Source: an uncultured Candidatus Saccharibacteria bacterium (GTDB lineage Bacteria; Patescibacteriota; Saccharimonadia; Saccharimonadales; Saccharimonadaceae). Taken from it: a stretch of 64,000 nucleotides of DNA. Of this stretch, positions 20,868-31,080 are shown one piece after another (position 1 is the first letter of the stretch; each line of letters opens with the position of its first letter). The position numbers and the translations under genes were made by a program. The DNA lies in NCBI GenBank assembly GCA_948663575.1, contig CAPNAV010000001.1:3901-67900 (forward strand), given 5' to 3'. The notes beneath the pieces are model-generated. The model had not been told where the DNA came from. It did not search any database and worked only from the letters and a program-made list of their open reading frames with translations.

Positions 20868-21207
20868 GTATCGAGAAATCTCTGGCTAGGCCGAGGGGTC
20901 AGTTAAGCTACATATTTAAGCATCTGACATACTAGCCTATAATAAATTCATAATCCGTGGAGATCGCGAGTCAATATTAAGAAAGTGTCAACCGTATACT
21001 AAATATATATAATTCTGTATAGTGTGGGATCGTAAACATCATGTAGTATTTGCATCAAAATATAGGCAAAATACTTATAAGTACATTAGTTCGCTCATGC
21101 AAAATCCCCTGCATGACTGCAAGGGAAATTGTTTTAGCTAGTAGGAAACAATAAACTTCTGATTCAATACGTTTTCTGATTCCTCGTAAGGCTAAAACCG
21201 CCTCGGT

Positions 21208-21852
21208 TTAGCTTTCTTCTTTCGAAGTGTTTTCGACCGCCTTTTCCTGGCTACGTTTACGCAATGCACACAGCAGGCTCTGTAATTTCTTCAGACCATG
21301 CCGATCAATCGAGTATTCCGCAGGCTTATTCACGCGTGCATAGTATGCCTTGCCACCAACTCGATCGATACTCAGAATCGCATTATACTCCTTGAACTCC
21401 GGCACCATCGCTTCGATTTTCCCGAGATAACGCCAGTATTCGTCAGTAATTTCGGGCTCATCCATCTCGGCGCCAATCCTTCGCTCTAATCGGGCAATCC
21501 GCTCCTCCATGCGCGCAAGCTGTGCATCGCGGGGGGTTGATGGGGTATTTATACATACTGACTGTGTATCGAGGTTAGCCGATGAAGCGCTCTCGTCCTT
21601 AGGCTCTTCTGACTGCTCTTCGATGTCGCGCTCAAAAGCCTTAAACTTGAGGCAGCTATAGACTGTCGCAAAATCTTCATTACCGAAAGCAATAATTCCT
21701 CTGCCGTTACTCATTAGATAGAGAGTATGAGACTCGAGTTCGCAGACATCTATTTCGTAACCCACCTCATCTGCCAGCTTTAATAGAGTTGTTAATCCCA
21801 CTGGCCCATCAGCGCCCAGTATATTCCGTGTTATTTCCTTTATTTCCGTCAT
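21208..21852 (-). CDS. Hypothetical protein
   Basis: 214-aa ORF, AAGGAGG RBS; promoter TTGACA/TACAAT about 320 nt upstream. Confidence 0.7.
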   Translation of the reverse strand: MTEIKEITRNILGADGPVGLTTLLKLADEVGYEIDVCELESHTLYLMSNGRGIIAFGNEDFATVYSCLKFKAFERDIEEQSEEPKDESASSANLDTQSVCINTPSTPRDAQLARMEERIARLERRIGAEMDEPEITDEYWRYLGKIEAMVPEFKEYNAILSIDRVGGKAYYARVNKPAEYSIDRHGLKKLQSLLCALRKRSQEKAVENTSKEES

Positions 21853-22362
21853 TTTTTCTCCTCCTTTTTTGTTTGCAAGTAGTTTAGATCGGTTTGAAGT
21901 CTGATCTTTAAAAATTCAAGATAGCAAAGCCTCAAAACCAACCTATTCCTACCTGCAAATCGGCCTAGAGACGGAATCTCGATTTAGTTTTTGCAGATCT
22001 AAAACAGAGACTATCTCGGTGGCCAGAGCCTAGGAATATACGACAAGTCTTGCACCTGCAAGCGATATTATTGCCTGCTTTTTGTGGTGCAAAGCCGTGC
22101 AAAACAATCCCAGCTCATTATTCAAGAGGAAACTAGCCAAAATGTACTGTAGGATTATCCTACTCTCTTCCATTGTACCACACATTCCAGAAAATGTCAA
22201 TAGACCGAACGATATTTGAGCTATCCGCGATCAAAATTAATAAAATATGACCTCTCATACGTCAAGAGTGACGGCCGATATATTGAATGTTATCATCCAG
22301 GAGAGGGTAAGAGTATATCATTAGTATTATGTGAAATGCATTGATTTATTCTTCTTATTTTT

Positions 22363-22670
22363 ATCATTATCTATTATTAGTAGAGACTAGGCAGCGGAGG
22401 GAAATGTCATAGGCTCCTCCGTTGCGATCGGATGGCCAAATGGCTCCAGTGTGGGTTGTAAGATTATGAACTCTGGACGCTCCATTCTCTAGTGCGCGTG
22501 ACCAAAATTGACCGACAGACCCGCGCTCTCGTATGGCGGTTGCGCTATAGCCGGCATACGTATGAAAAAGTGGAGATAAGGCAGCATTATAAATTGCATC
22601 TTTTCCGTTTGGCAGAGATGGTCCCCAGTTTGCGTTATAATCATTACTCATAGTATCATCGCTCACCAAA
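22363..22670 (-). repeat. Variable cassette A: conserved ends plus in-frame FISUMP/C-lectin-like C-terminal fragment (ORF 22367-22669)
   Basis: TTTGGTGAGCGATGAT ... TCCCTCCGCTGCCTAGTCTCTACTAATAATAGATAATGAT; reads LVSDD...LSPLF...AG...GQFWSR...SLRCLVSTNNR*. Confidence 0.85.
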
Positions 22671-22686
22671 ACGATGGTGGCTTATT

Positions 22687-22893
22687 TTATATCGCCGCAA
22701 ATTCTTTTAATATTTTGATTGCAACTTTGCCAAGTCTTCTCGAAAAACCATGTTTCCCATTTTCTAGCACTTCTAGTCTAACATTTCTATTTGAATTACT
22801 AGTCTTATATGCGTCGTAAGCTCTTTTTGCATAGTTTATATTCACAATTTTATCTTTCGCATATCTGGAACTATTCTCTAAATCGCAATCCAA
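22687..22893 (-). pseudogene. C-terminal remnant of an alpha/beta hydrolase
   Basis: DKIVNINYAKRAYDAY...LEVLENGKHGF resembles the catalytic Asp/His end; N-terminal part absent. Confidence 0.55.
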
Positions 22894-23268
22894 CTATTTT
22901 TCGCAATTTTTGTGGTGGGCTTTGAGTTTCTTCATTGCCCAGTCGTAATGACTTGGCATTACACTCACAAAATATGATCCTAAATCGGTATTCACCCAAG
23001 CATAAACTCCACGACCAAATAACTGATCGTTGGTGTATCTTTCGGCAAGTTTCAAAACTTCGGCGTGAGATTTTTCAAACATCTGCTTCGCATCTTCTGA
23101 GCTAGTTTTCTGATGTTTTTCCCAAAACTCCACATTCATATCGCCATAAGTTTTCCAAGAATACGGTTCGGGAATAAAGGGTTTTTCTTCACCACTCTCG
23201 TTTGCTTTGATCCAATTTAGTAAAAGTTGATGCCACTCGTAAAGATGAACATAAATATCACGCAACAT
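22894..23268 (-). pseudogene. 5'-truncated ClbS/DfsB-family (DUF1706-like) protein
   Basis: LRDIYVHLYEWHQLLLNW...PEPYSWKTY...SHYDWAMKKLK; N-terminus missing where the 23273 repeat begins. Confidence 0.7.
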
Positions 23269-23272
23269 CGAC

Positions 23273-23339
23273 GCGTTCCTCGCAAGATGATCTGCTGAAG
23301 CTACTAACCATACCGTTTCTCACAAACTAGATTCGGAGA
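23273..23339 (+). repeat. Partial copy of the palindromic element at 63256-63597
   Basis: GCGTTCCTCGCAAGATGATCTGCTGAAG...TTTCTCACAAACTAGATTCGGAGA aligns with 63531-63596. Confidence 0.75.
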
Positions 23340-23484
23340 ATAACGGAAATGACTAGACTCGCCAGACGTTGCCCACGCCCAACCTGATACGATATAATTG
23401 ACAGCCATAACTTTCTATGATAAAGTAGAAGAGCTATCGAATCGAGACTTGTGATTTGATAAGTATATAAAAGGAGGTGTCATT

Positions 23485-23898
23485 ATGAAACATGGCACAA
23501 AGAGGGATATAAAGAGAGGTATGGCTAAGGCTCGCCGCCGGAGTGTGCGGAGTGCTGAGAATGAGTATTACCGTGATCAGGAGGGTGAGCGGATAGAATC
23601 TCGGCAGTCAGTGCGGCAGCTTATTGATGAGTTTGAATCAGTTTATCGTGACAACCCCGATAATTTATCGGATTTTGTTCGCGAAACCACTCAACTCATC
23701 GATGGCTGTCCGGGCGTTAAATCTAGCGAGGCGAAGATTATTGATCTGATGGGGCAATATATTGATCAGCACAAAGCCTTAGTGGCCACCAGTGGGCACT
23801 ATATAAAGGATGTGCAAGCGAACGCTGAAAAGAGTTGTATCAACAAGATGCACGCCGTACTGCTTGATTGTTTCAAGAAATGCTTAAGAGAAATTTAA
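23485..23898 (+). CDS. Hypothetical protein
   Basis: AAGGAGGTG RBS; hairpin GGGTCACC-GCAA-GGTGGCCC downstream. Confidence 0.7.
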   Translation: MKHGTKRDIKRGMAKARRRSVRSAENEYYRDQEGERIESRQSVRQLIDEFESVYRDNPDNLSDFVRETTQLIDGCPGVKSSEAKIIDLMGQYIDQHKALVATSGHYIKDVQANAEKSCINKMHAVLLDCFKKCLREI

Positions 23899-23994
23899 TT
23901 CCTAGCACTTTTTGGGTCACCGCAAGGTGGCCCGTTTTTATGAAACGCATTTACTACGCTTGTCGTCGTATTCCAAAATTGCTATACTTATTGC

Positions 23995-25104
23995 ATGGTC
24001 AAACGCCAAAATGCTATTATTCGAGTTGGAATCATTAGTGTGATTACGAATCTAGTTCTTGTGGGATTCAAGATACTAGTCGGGATTTTGGCCGGATCAA
24101 TTTCCATAGTGCTTGATGCGGTTAATAATTTCACGGACGCTTTCTCGTCGATTATCGCTGTAATCGGCACAAAACTCGCTGCACGTCATCCTGACGAGGG
24201 TCATCCTTATGGCCATGGTCGCATCGAATATATCACCACGTTCTTTATTGGCGCCATTATTTTTGCTGCTGGAGCTATTTCCTTGATCGAATCAGTTCCC
24301 AAAATCGTTCATCCCGAACTCGCTAATTACTCACTCGAAACTATCATCGTCGTTGTGCTGGCAGTAATTACGAAACTCATTCTAAGCTTTTATGTTCGGC
24401 GAGCTGGGCGCCGCTACGATTCTAGTAGTCTTGTCGCGTCGGGGATTGATGCCTTTTTTGATGCTATTATCTCGGCCGGCACATTAGTCGGTATCATTGT
24501 TACGCTACTTTTTCATATTAGCATTGATGGAATTATTGGCGCTGTAATTGCGATATTCATTATCAAGAGCAGCGTCGAAATTATCCTCGACTCTTTCAAC
24601 GATATGCTCGGTCAAGCTGTTGACCGAGAGCTAATGTGTAAAATTAAAAAGCTAGTCTGTAGTTTTCCGGAAGTTCATGGCGCTTATGATTTAATGCTAC
24701 ATAATTATGGCCCTATCGAAACTATCGGCTCCATTCAAATTCAAGTTTCAGATCAGCTTGCTGCTAGCACTATTCACCGTCTCACTCAAGAGATCGCCCA
24801 TCAAGTCTTTGCAAAATATAATGTCAACTTAACTGTAGGCATTTATGCCGAAAACGACAAGCTCTCGGTTAATTGCGGGCTTTATGATCAAATTATTAAT
24901 CTTAGTAATACGTATCCAGAGATTCATCAAATTCATGGATTATATATCGATGACGAGAGTAAGCTTGTGACTTTTGATATTGTTATGCCAATTCGCTACC
25001 CCAATAAAACCAGATTTAAGAACAAGATCATTCGTCAACTTTGCAAGGCGTATCCTAGTTATAAATTTTTGGTTATGGTAGATCTAGATCTCGAAGAAAA
25101 CTAA
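23995..25104 (+). CDS. Cation diffusion facilitator (CDF) family transporter
   Basis: HPYGHGRIEY, multiple TM helices, dimerisation domain with HNYGP. Confidence 0.93.
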   Translation: MVKRQNAIIRVGIISVITNLVLVGFKILVGILAGSISIVLDAVNNFTDAFSSIIAVIGTKLAARHPDEGHPYGHGRIEYITTFFIGAIIFAAGAISLIESVPKIVHPELANYSLETIIVVVLAVITKLILSFYVRRAGRRYDSSSLVASGIDAFFDAIISAGTLVGIIVTLLFHISIDGIIGAVIAIFIIKSSVEIILDSFNDMLGQAVDRELMCKIKKLVCSFPEVHGAYDLMLHNYGPIETIGSIQIQVSDQLAASTIHRLTQEIAHQVFAKYNVNLTVGIYAENDKLSVNCGLYDQIINLSNTYPEIHQIHGLYIDDESKLVTFDIVMPIRYPNKTRFKNKIIRQLCKAYPSYKFLVMVDLDLEEN

Positions 25105-25375
25105 GAATAGGTCGAAAATGTTTAAGTTTATTGATTTTTTCCGCTGTCAATGCACATTTTCGCTCAAGATCAGATTTTCCTATTGACTTTTAATGATAAG
25201 TGTGCTATAATCAGAAATAACAAAGGAATATACTGTTTTTTGCCTCTTAAATTTTAGAAAATTATACCAGAAATCAAAAAGTATGGTATAATAGTGCCAT
25301 AAAAGTTAAGAATTGCTCTAAAAATTCACTGACGGCCCGTCTAGAGGCTATCTGAAGTTATAGAGAGAAAGGTAA

Positions 25376-25705
25376 TTGATGACCGAAGCAAAAAAGGATG
25401 AAGGTCTCAAAATCCGCATCCGCCTCAAGGCTTATGATCACCGCGTGATTGATCAGAGCGCTAAGCAAATCGTCGATACTGCTATCCGCACCGGTGCGAC
25501 CGTCTCTGGCCCAGTGCCTTTGCCGACCAAACGCAGCACTTTCACGGTTGTGAAATCGCCACATGTCTACAAGACTGGCGGCGAAGCTTTCGAAATGAAA
25601 GTCCACAAGCGCTTGATCGACATCTCTAACGCCACCCCAAAGACTATCGATTCCTTGCAGAATCTTTCACTACCTGCTGGCGTTGACGCAGAAATCAAGA
25701 TGTAG
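25376..25705 (+). CDS. rpsJ: 30S ribosomal protein S10 (start TTG 25376 or ATG 25379)
   Basis: [15 protein letters not shown]...GPVPLPT...[20 protein letters not shown]. Confidence 0.98.
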   Translation: MMTEAKKDEGLKIRIRLKAYDHRVIDQSAKQIVDTAIRTGATVSGPVPLPTKRSTFTVVKSPHVYKTGGEAFEMKVHKRLIDISNATPKTIDSLQNLSLPAGVDAEIKM

Positions 25706-25781
25706 TCAATGATAAATGCAAACATAACCATCAGAATATTCTGGTGGTTATTTTCATGCTTAATCCTTGCTGTTTACTACT

Positions 25782-26129
25782 CTAAACATACAAAATTGCC
25801 GCCTCAAGCATTTCGCCCAGTCTCGTCAAAATCGTGTAAGAACTTGGGTCAGATGTCATTACTACCATAATATAGCGCCTCACCATGCCGTTGGACATTG
25901 GAAATTCAACCATCGCTGCATCGACCCCATTCTTAGCCGCTGCTCCGACGCGACTTTCTAGCAAAGCGGCTTTTCCATTCACTATAGCGACTGTATTAAC
26001 CTCTTGCACCCCTTTTTCTGTGATATCTTGCTGTTGCAAAATTAGCCAGCCACTAAAAAACGCCACTATCATACCTAGCATGATAATTGCAACGTCAAGA
26101 ACTATACCAGCGATTTTGTAGGACTTCAT
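25782..26129 (-). CDS. Hypothetical membrane-anchored protein
   Basis: N-terminal TM helix; 115 aa. Confidence 0.5.
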   Translation of the reverse strand: MKSYKIAGIVLDVAIIMLGMIVAFFSGWLILQQQDITEKGVQEVNTVAIVNGKAALLESRVGAAAKNGVDAAMVEFPMSNGMVRRYIMVVMTSDPSSYTILTRLGEMLEAAILYV

Positions 26130-26256
26130 TGCTTATATTATGCACTATAGTGATACTACAGTCAAGCATAATCTTCTCTATAAGGTTGATTTGCCAACTT
26201 CCTATGGGCTATTTCCGGTCGCATCTATATTTTTTGAAGTATGCTATAATGAAAAT

Positions 26257-27528
26257 ATGACTGCCATATCACGATTCAAGAAGCGCTTTTACTTTGTGGC
26301 CGCAGGCTACTTCCGTTTTTTTGCCAATTTTACTTTTCGCCGCTGGCATCCACGTGTCATTGCTGTGACTGGCTCTGCCGGCAAAACTACTATGCTCCAT
26401 CTCATTGAATTTGAACTTGGCGAGCGCGCCCATTATTCGCACGACGCCAATTCTGCCTTCGGCATTGCCTTTGACCTTTTAGGTCTAGACGGCGTGCGCG
26501 GCTCTAAGCTCCGTTGGCTGATGCTTATTTTCGCCGCCCCTATTCGTGCGCTGTACTATAAACATCGTGAAGAATTTTATGTAGTCGAGATTGATGGCGA
26601 GCGTCCTCATGAGACGGAGTTCTTGGCTACTTGGCTTAAGCCTGAGGTGACCTTATGGGTGTCATTTGGACTATCCCACGCCGTGCAGTTCGAGAACGTT
26701 GTGGCATCTGGTCAATTTAAGACTCTCGATGAAGCTATCGCGCATGAATTTGCTACGCTCCCTCAAAACACTACTAAAGTTGTCTATATTGATGCTAATT
26801 CTGAGGCTATGCGTCAGGCTACGCAGGGAATCAAAGCTGAAGTCGTCGCTCTTGATCGCAAAAAACTCAAGCGTTATAATGTCTACCCCACTCGCACCGA
26901 TTTTATCTTTGATTCCGTGTCATTTCATTTCTCTCAGCCTCAGCCAAAAGATTTAGCCATCCAGCTTTTAATGCTTGAATCTTTGGTCGGCTATCTTAAG
27001 CTCCCGCTTCGCACGGATTTTCATGATATGCCAGTTCCGCCGGGCCGCAGTAGTTTCTTCCGTGGCAAAAAGGGAATTAATATTATTGATAGCAGTTATA
27101 ATGCTCATATTATTAGCGTTGCTTCCGTCCTTGAAATGGCGCGCAATCTTCACGCCGGCCATAAATGGCTCGTGATTGGTGATATTGTCGATCAGGGCAA
27201 GATTGAAGGCGAAGAACATCGCAAACTTACAGACCTTATTGCTGACGTCGAACCAGAAATGGTTATCTTAGTCGGTCGCCGCACCAAGGAATATACCGCA
27301 CCTCGCCTCAAAGAGCTTGGTGTTCCCGCTCGCACCACGCTCGACCCTAAAAAGGCTCTTAAATTCATCGAAGGCAATATCACCGGCGAGGAAACCATCA
27401 TCTTTAAAGGTAGTCAATATCTTGAATGGATTATCGAGAAGCTTCTAGAAGATCCCGCGGACGCTGCCAAGTTGCCTCGCCGTGAGCCGGCCGCCGTCAA
27501 GCGCCGCCATAAATGGGGGTTAGACTGA
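26257..27528 (+). CDS. Mur ligase family protein (MurF-like)
   Basis: IAVTGSAGKTT P-loop, IIDSSYNA, IIFKGSQ; TGCTATAAT 6 nt before ATG 26257. Confidence 0.88.
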   Translation: MTAISRFKKRFYFVAAGYFRFFANFTFRRWHPRVIAVTGSAGKTTMLHLIEFELGERAHYSHDANSAFGIAFDLLGLDGVRGSKLRWLMLIFAAPIRALYYKHREEFYVVEIDGERPHETEFLATWLKPEVTLWVSFGLSHAVQFENVVASGQFKTLDEAIAHEFATLPQNTTKVVYIDANSEAMRQATQGIKAEVVALDRKKLKRYNVYPTRTDFIFDSVSFHFSQPQPKDLAIQLLMLESLVGYLKLPLRTDFHDMPVPPGRSSFFRGKKGINIIDSSYNAHIISVASVLEMARNLHAGHKWLVIGDIVDQGKIEGEEHRKLTDLIADVEPEMVILVGRRTKEYTAPRLKELGVPARTTLDPKKALKFIEGNITGEETIIFKGSQYLEWIIEKLLEDPADAAKLPRREPAAVKRRHKWGLD

Positions 27529-28736
27529 TGCCTATCAAAAAACCAAAACTCTACATTATTCACGGCTGGACTTACACCGTTGCTCCGTGGGACCGCACCA
27601 TTTCGCTCTTAGAAAAACAGGGCCTCTCCGTTGAAATGCTTCATGTCCCGGGCCTCACTGCCTCTTCTAAAAAGGTTTGGACGATTGAAGAATATGTTCG
27701 TTGGGCCGATCGTAATCTCCCAGATGGCGCTGTGGCGCTTGGTCATAGTAATGGTGGTCGTATTCTGCTTAACCTCTGCTCCGAAAAGCCTGACAAGCTT
27801 CAGCATCTAATTTTATTAGATAGCGCCGGCATCTATGAAGCCTCTAATAAGCGCGATCTCGCGCGGGGTCTTTCTAAGAAATTGGGCTTTCTCAAAAAGA
27901 TCCCCGGTCTCGCTAAAGTCTGGCATAAGCTTACTGGCGCCTCTGACTACGCTCGCGCCCCCGAAAACATGAAGAAGACTCTTAGTAATATGTTGGACAG
28001 CGATAAAAATCTCGATTTATCGAAAATTTCCGTGCCAACCTCCATTCTCTGGGGTGCCGCCGATACTGTTACTCCTCCTCACCAAGCCGAAATAATGCAT
28101 CAACAAATCAAGGACAGCCGTCTCGAAATCTTTCCGAACTGGACGCATGCGCCATATATCTCGCATCCGGCCGAGCTGGCTAAGGTGATTTTTCGCACGT
28201 ATAAACAACCTCCAGAAGTCACTACGCCTGTCGAGGTTACAGAGGCGTCGGCTATCTCCGCCTCGCTCGCGCTCAAAAAAGCCGCTGAGCCAGAAATCCC
28301 TAGCACGGCGCCGATTTCCGCCACGCTTGCTTTCAAGAAGGCTGCTGGCCCCAGCGCCCACGACACCGTCAGTCGTTCTGCCGCTCTCGCTGTCCCTAGT
28401 GGCAAGCCTCGCGTTGCCCTCCCCTCTAAGAAAGTTGTCGAGGCGGTCGGAAGTAATTCGCGCGGCTCAAGCCCATCTAGTAGCACTAATAATATTCTTG
28501 AAGAACTAAAAGTCGTCGACTACGAAAAAGCTGATTTGACCATGCCTGCCCCAGAACCACGCCGAATTATTAGCACCGCATCTGTTCCAAAAGTGGGGCG
28601 AATCGAACGAATGCGTCGCAAATTAACTCCATCAAAAAAGTCGTCCGCTAAGAAACCTACAATCAAGCAACAAACATCAAAGAAAATTAAAACAAAAGCT
28701 CGCTCGTCTGCCAGCGCTATAAGGTCAAAATCGTGA
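27528..28736 (+). CDS. Alpha/beta hydrolase with low-complexity basic C-terminal tail
   Basis: IIHGW, GHSNGG nucleophile motif, WGAADTVTP, THAP; TGATG coupling to Mur ligase. Confidence 0.88.
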   Translation: MPIKKPKLYIIHGWTYTVAPWDRTISLLEKQGLSVEMLHVPGLTASSKKVWTIEEYVRWADRNLPDGAVALGHSNGGRILLNLCSEKPDKLQHLILLDSAGIYEASNKRDLARGLSKKLGFLKKIPGLAKVWHKLTGASDYARAPENMKKTLSNMLDSDKNLDLSKISVPTSILWGAADTVTPPHQAEIMHQQIKDSRLEIFPNWTHAPYISHPAELAKVIFRTYKQPPEVTTPVEVTEASAISASLALKKAAEPEIPSTAPISATLAFKKAAGPSAHDTVSRSAALAVPSGKPRVALPSKKVVEAVGSNSRGSSPSSSTNNILEELKVVDYEKADLTMPAPEPRRIISTASVPKVGRIERMRRKLTPSKKSSAKKPTIKQQTSKKIKTKARSSASAIRSKS

Positions 28737-29992
28737 TTTTTCTCGGTCTTGCCTCTAATTACTCAGCGCGCCGGTCTTTTCGTCATCTTTTTGCTGCAGG
28801 CAATAGCGGCAATTCTCTGGCCTTGCGCCAGACTCTAGCCGATAAATATTCCGCCAATCTTGACCAAGTTGCGCTTTATCATTCCGGCCGTTCCGCTCTG
28901 ACGGTAGCTTTTCAGGGGTTAGTGTCTCCGGGTAGCCCGATCATCGTGCCTGGTCTCACCTGTATCGCTGTTATCCGCGCCATCAAAGCTGCCGACTGCA
29001 CGCCAGTTTACGTCGATATCGACCGAGAGACTCTGCAGTACGACATAGATAAACTCGAATCCGCGCTTGCTTCGCTCGAGGATTTACAAGAATTCGTCCA
29101 AAAAACTACTAAAACAACTCCCTGCGAGCGCCAGAAGTCTAGAGATGATAATATGGTAACGGTCTCGCAAGAAGGAATAAGCGATAAAAATATTGACAAA
29201 TCAGAGCATGTGTGCTATAATGGAATCATAGTAGCGCAGAATACTCTGGGGCTACCGCTTGACATGCAGAAAATCGAGCATCTTGCCGCAAAATATCGTT
29301 TTGCAATTGTTGAAGATTTAGCGCATTGTGCTGGGCGTTTTTATCCCGATGGCCGCGAAATCGGCACTATTGGGCAGGCTACGGCTTTGTCTTTTGGTAA
29401 GGGCAAATCTATTGATACTATTACTGGTGGTGCTGTGATTATGAGAGATAAAACTTATACCAAAACCCTCTCGCAGCCCACTAAAAAGCCCAAACTCTCA
29501 GCTCGCTTGCGTGATCGCTGGTATCCGATTCTAGCTGGAATCTCACGGTCGCTCTGGCGGATTGGCATTGGCAAGGCTCTTTTGGCACTGTTTCTATTTT
29601 TACACTGGATCGAAAAATCTGCCGATACCACGCTCGATCCGCAGGTTCGTCTGACGCATTGGCAGGCTAAATTAGCTTTGCGCCAGTTACAGAATTTGCC
29701 AACCACGCCACTCCGAGAATACCGCTTCGTGCGTCATCGCGCCAAACTTTTAGCTAGACTTAAAAAACATGGCTACGATTTCTCCGAAATCTGGTATGAT
29801 ACTCCTGTAGCTCCCGCGCGTTATGCTAGTGAGGCGGATTTTCCCAAGCAAACCTGCCCTGTGACCGTGCAAATTGCTCAAGAAATCATTAATTTACCAC
29901 CTTGGATTAAGCCCAAAAAGCTCCTACGCGCCCACGAAATCATTAAAGAATTTGAAATCGGAGGAGAAAATGTCCAAAAAATCAGCCAATAA
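28733..29992 (+). CDS. DegT/DnrJ/EryC1/StrS-family PLP aminotransferase
   Basis: SGRSAL, VEDLAH, SFGKGKSIDTITGG, IINLP. Confidence 0.85.
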   Translation: MIFLGLASNYSARRSFRHLFAAGNSGNSLALRQTLADKYSANLDQVALYHSGRSALTVAFQGLVSPGSPIIVPGLTCIAVIRAIKAADCTPVYVDIDRETLQYDIDKLESALASLEDLQEFVQKTTKTTPCERQKSRDDNMVTVSQEGISDKNIDKSEHVCYNGIIVAQNTLGLPLDMQKIEHLAAKYRFAIVEDLAHCAGRFYPDGREIGTIGQATALSFGKGKSIDTITGGAVIMRDKTYTKTLSQPTKKPKLSARLRDRWYPILAGISRSLWRIGIGKALLALFLFLHWIEKSADTTLDPQVRLTHWQAKLALRQLQNLPTTPLREYRFVRHRAKLLARLKKHGYDFSEIWYDTPVAPARYASEADFPKQTCPVTVQIAQEIINLPPWIKPKKLLRAHEIIKEFEIGGENVQKISQ

Positions 29993-31022
29993 GCCCCAAA
30001 AAACTCAAAACCCTAACGCAAAAAAATCAGCCAGCCTCAATCCGACTGATGATGAACTTTGGCGAAAAATCCAAACTCATTTTCCCGAGGCTAACTTTTT
30101 GCAGTCGCCAGAGTGGGGAAAGGTGAATATACTCATTGGCCATAAGGTTCGGATCGAGCATTTTGCCGATGTGGCTTGGTGCCTGATGATCGTCAAGAAT
30201 GCCAAACGCGGTCGCTATCTTGAGGTTCCTGGCGGTCCGCTTCTTGACTGGAATGATCAAGCTCTCGTACGCCGCATGTTTGCCGTAATTGAGAAAGTGG
30301 CGCGCGAGGAAAAATGCGTCTTTGTGCGCTTGCGCCCTCAGCTCCGAGCCGTCGATTCCGCCAAACTCGCTGGACTCAAGCTCCGCAAAGCCCCCATGCA
30401 TCTACACGCCGAGCATACCGTAATCCTAGACTTGACCAAGGACGAAAATGAGCTTCTGGCTGACATGCGCCGCCAAACCCGCTACGAAGTTCGACGTGCT
30501 GGCAAGCTTGGCATGAAAGTCATTTGCGGCGGCGACAAGAAACTTTTTGAGGAATTCCATGCCGCTCAAAGCGAGACAGCCAAACGCCAACACTTCGTGC
30601 CACCAGACCTCGACACGCTCCTGGCCGAGCGCCAAGCCTTTGGCGAACATATTCGGATTTATCTAGCCACCACCGCCGAAGACCAGTCAGTAGCCTATGG
30701 GCTGATTATCACTTGCGGCGAGGAAGCTGAGTATTTCGAGGCGGCGTCCACCGAGCTTAATCACAAGCTCCCCGGTGCCTATGCTCTGCAATGGCAAGTT
30801 ATTAAAGATCTCAAGGCTGATGGCATCAAACGTTATAATCTCTGGGGAATTGCCCCGGCCGGCGCCAAGAATCATCGCTACTCCGGTGTCACTACTTTCA
30901 AAACCGGTTTCGGTGGCGAAGTTGTCGAATTTATTCCTGCCCAAGACCTCGTGATTAAGCGTTTCCGTTACCTCTTTAATCTCATTATCGAATCAATTCG
31001 CAAAAAGAAACGTCACCTCTAA
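29970..31022 (+). CDS. FemABX-family peptidoglycan bridge aminoacyltransferase
   Basis: NFLQSPEW, PGGPLLDW, RYNLWGI, GVTTFKTGFGG; GGAGG RBS before MSKK. Confidence 0.9.
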   Translation: MSKKSANKPQKTQNPNAKKSASLNPTDDELWRKIQTHFPEANFLQSPEWGKVNILIGHKVRIEHFADVAWCLMIVKNAKRGRYLEVPGGPLLDWNDQALVRRMFAVIEKVAREEKCVFVRLRPQLRAVDSAKLAGLKLRKAPMHLHAEHTVILDLTKDENELLADMRRQTRYEVRRAGKLGMKVICGGDKKLFEEFHAAQSETAKRQHFVPPDLDTLLAERQAFGEHIRIYLATTAEDQSVAYGLIITCGEEAEYFEAASTELNHKLPGAYALQWQVIKDLKADGIKRYNLWGIAPAGAKNHRYSGVTTFKTGFGGEVVEFIPAQDLVIKRFRYLFNLIIESIRKKKRHL

Positions 31023-31080
31023 TATATTATACCACCATTATAGCACACAATCCATAAAAAGTCAATAGGAAAATGTCATT

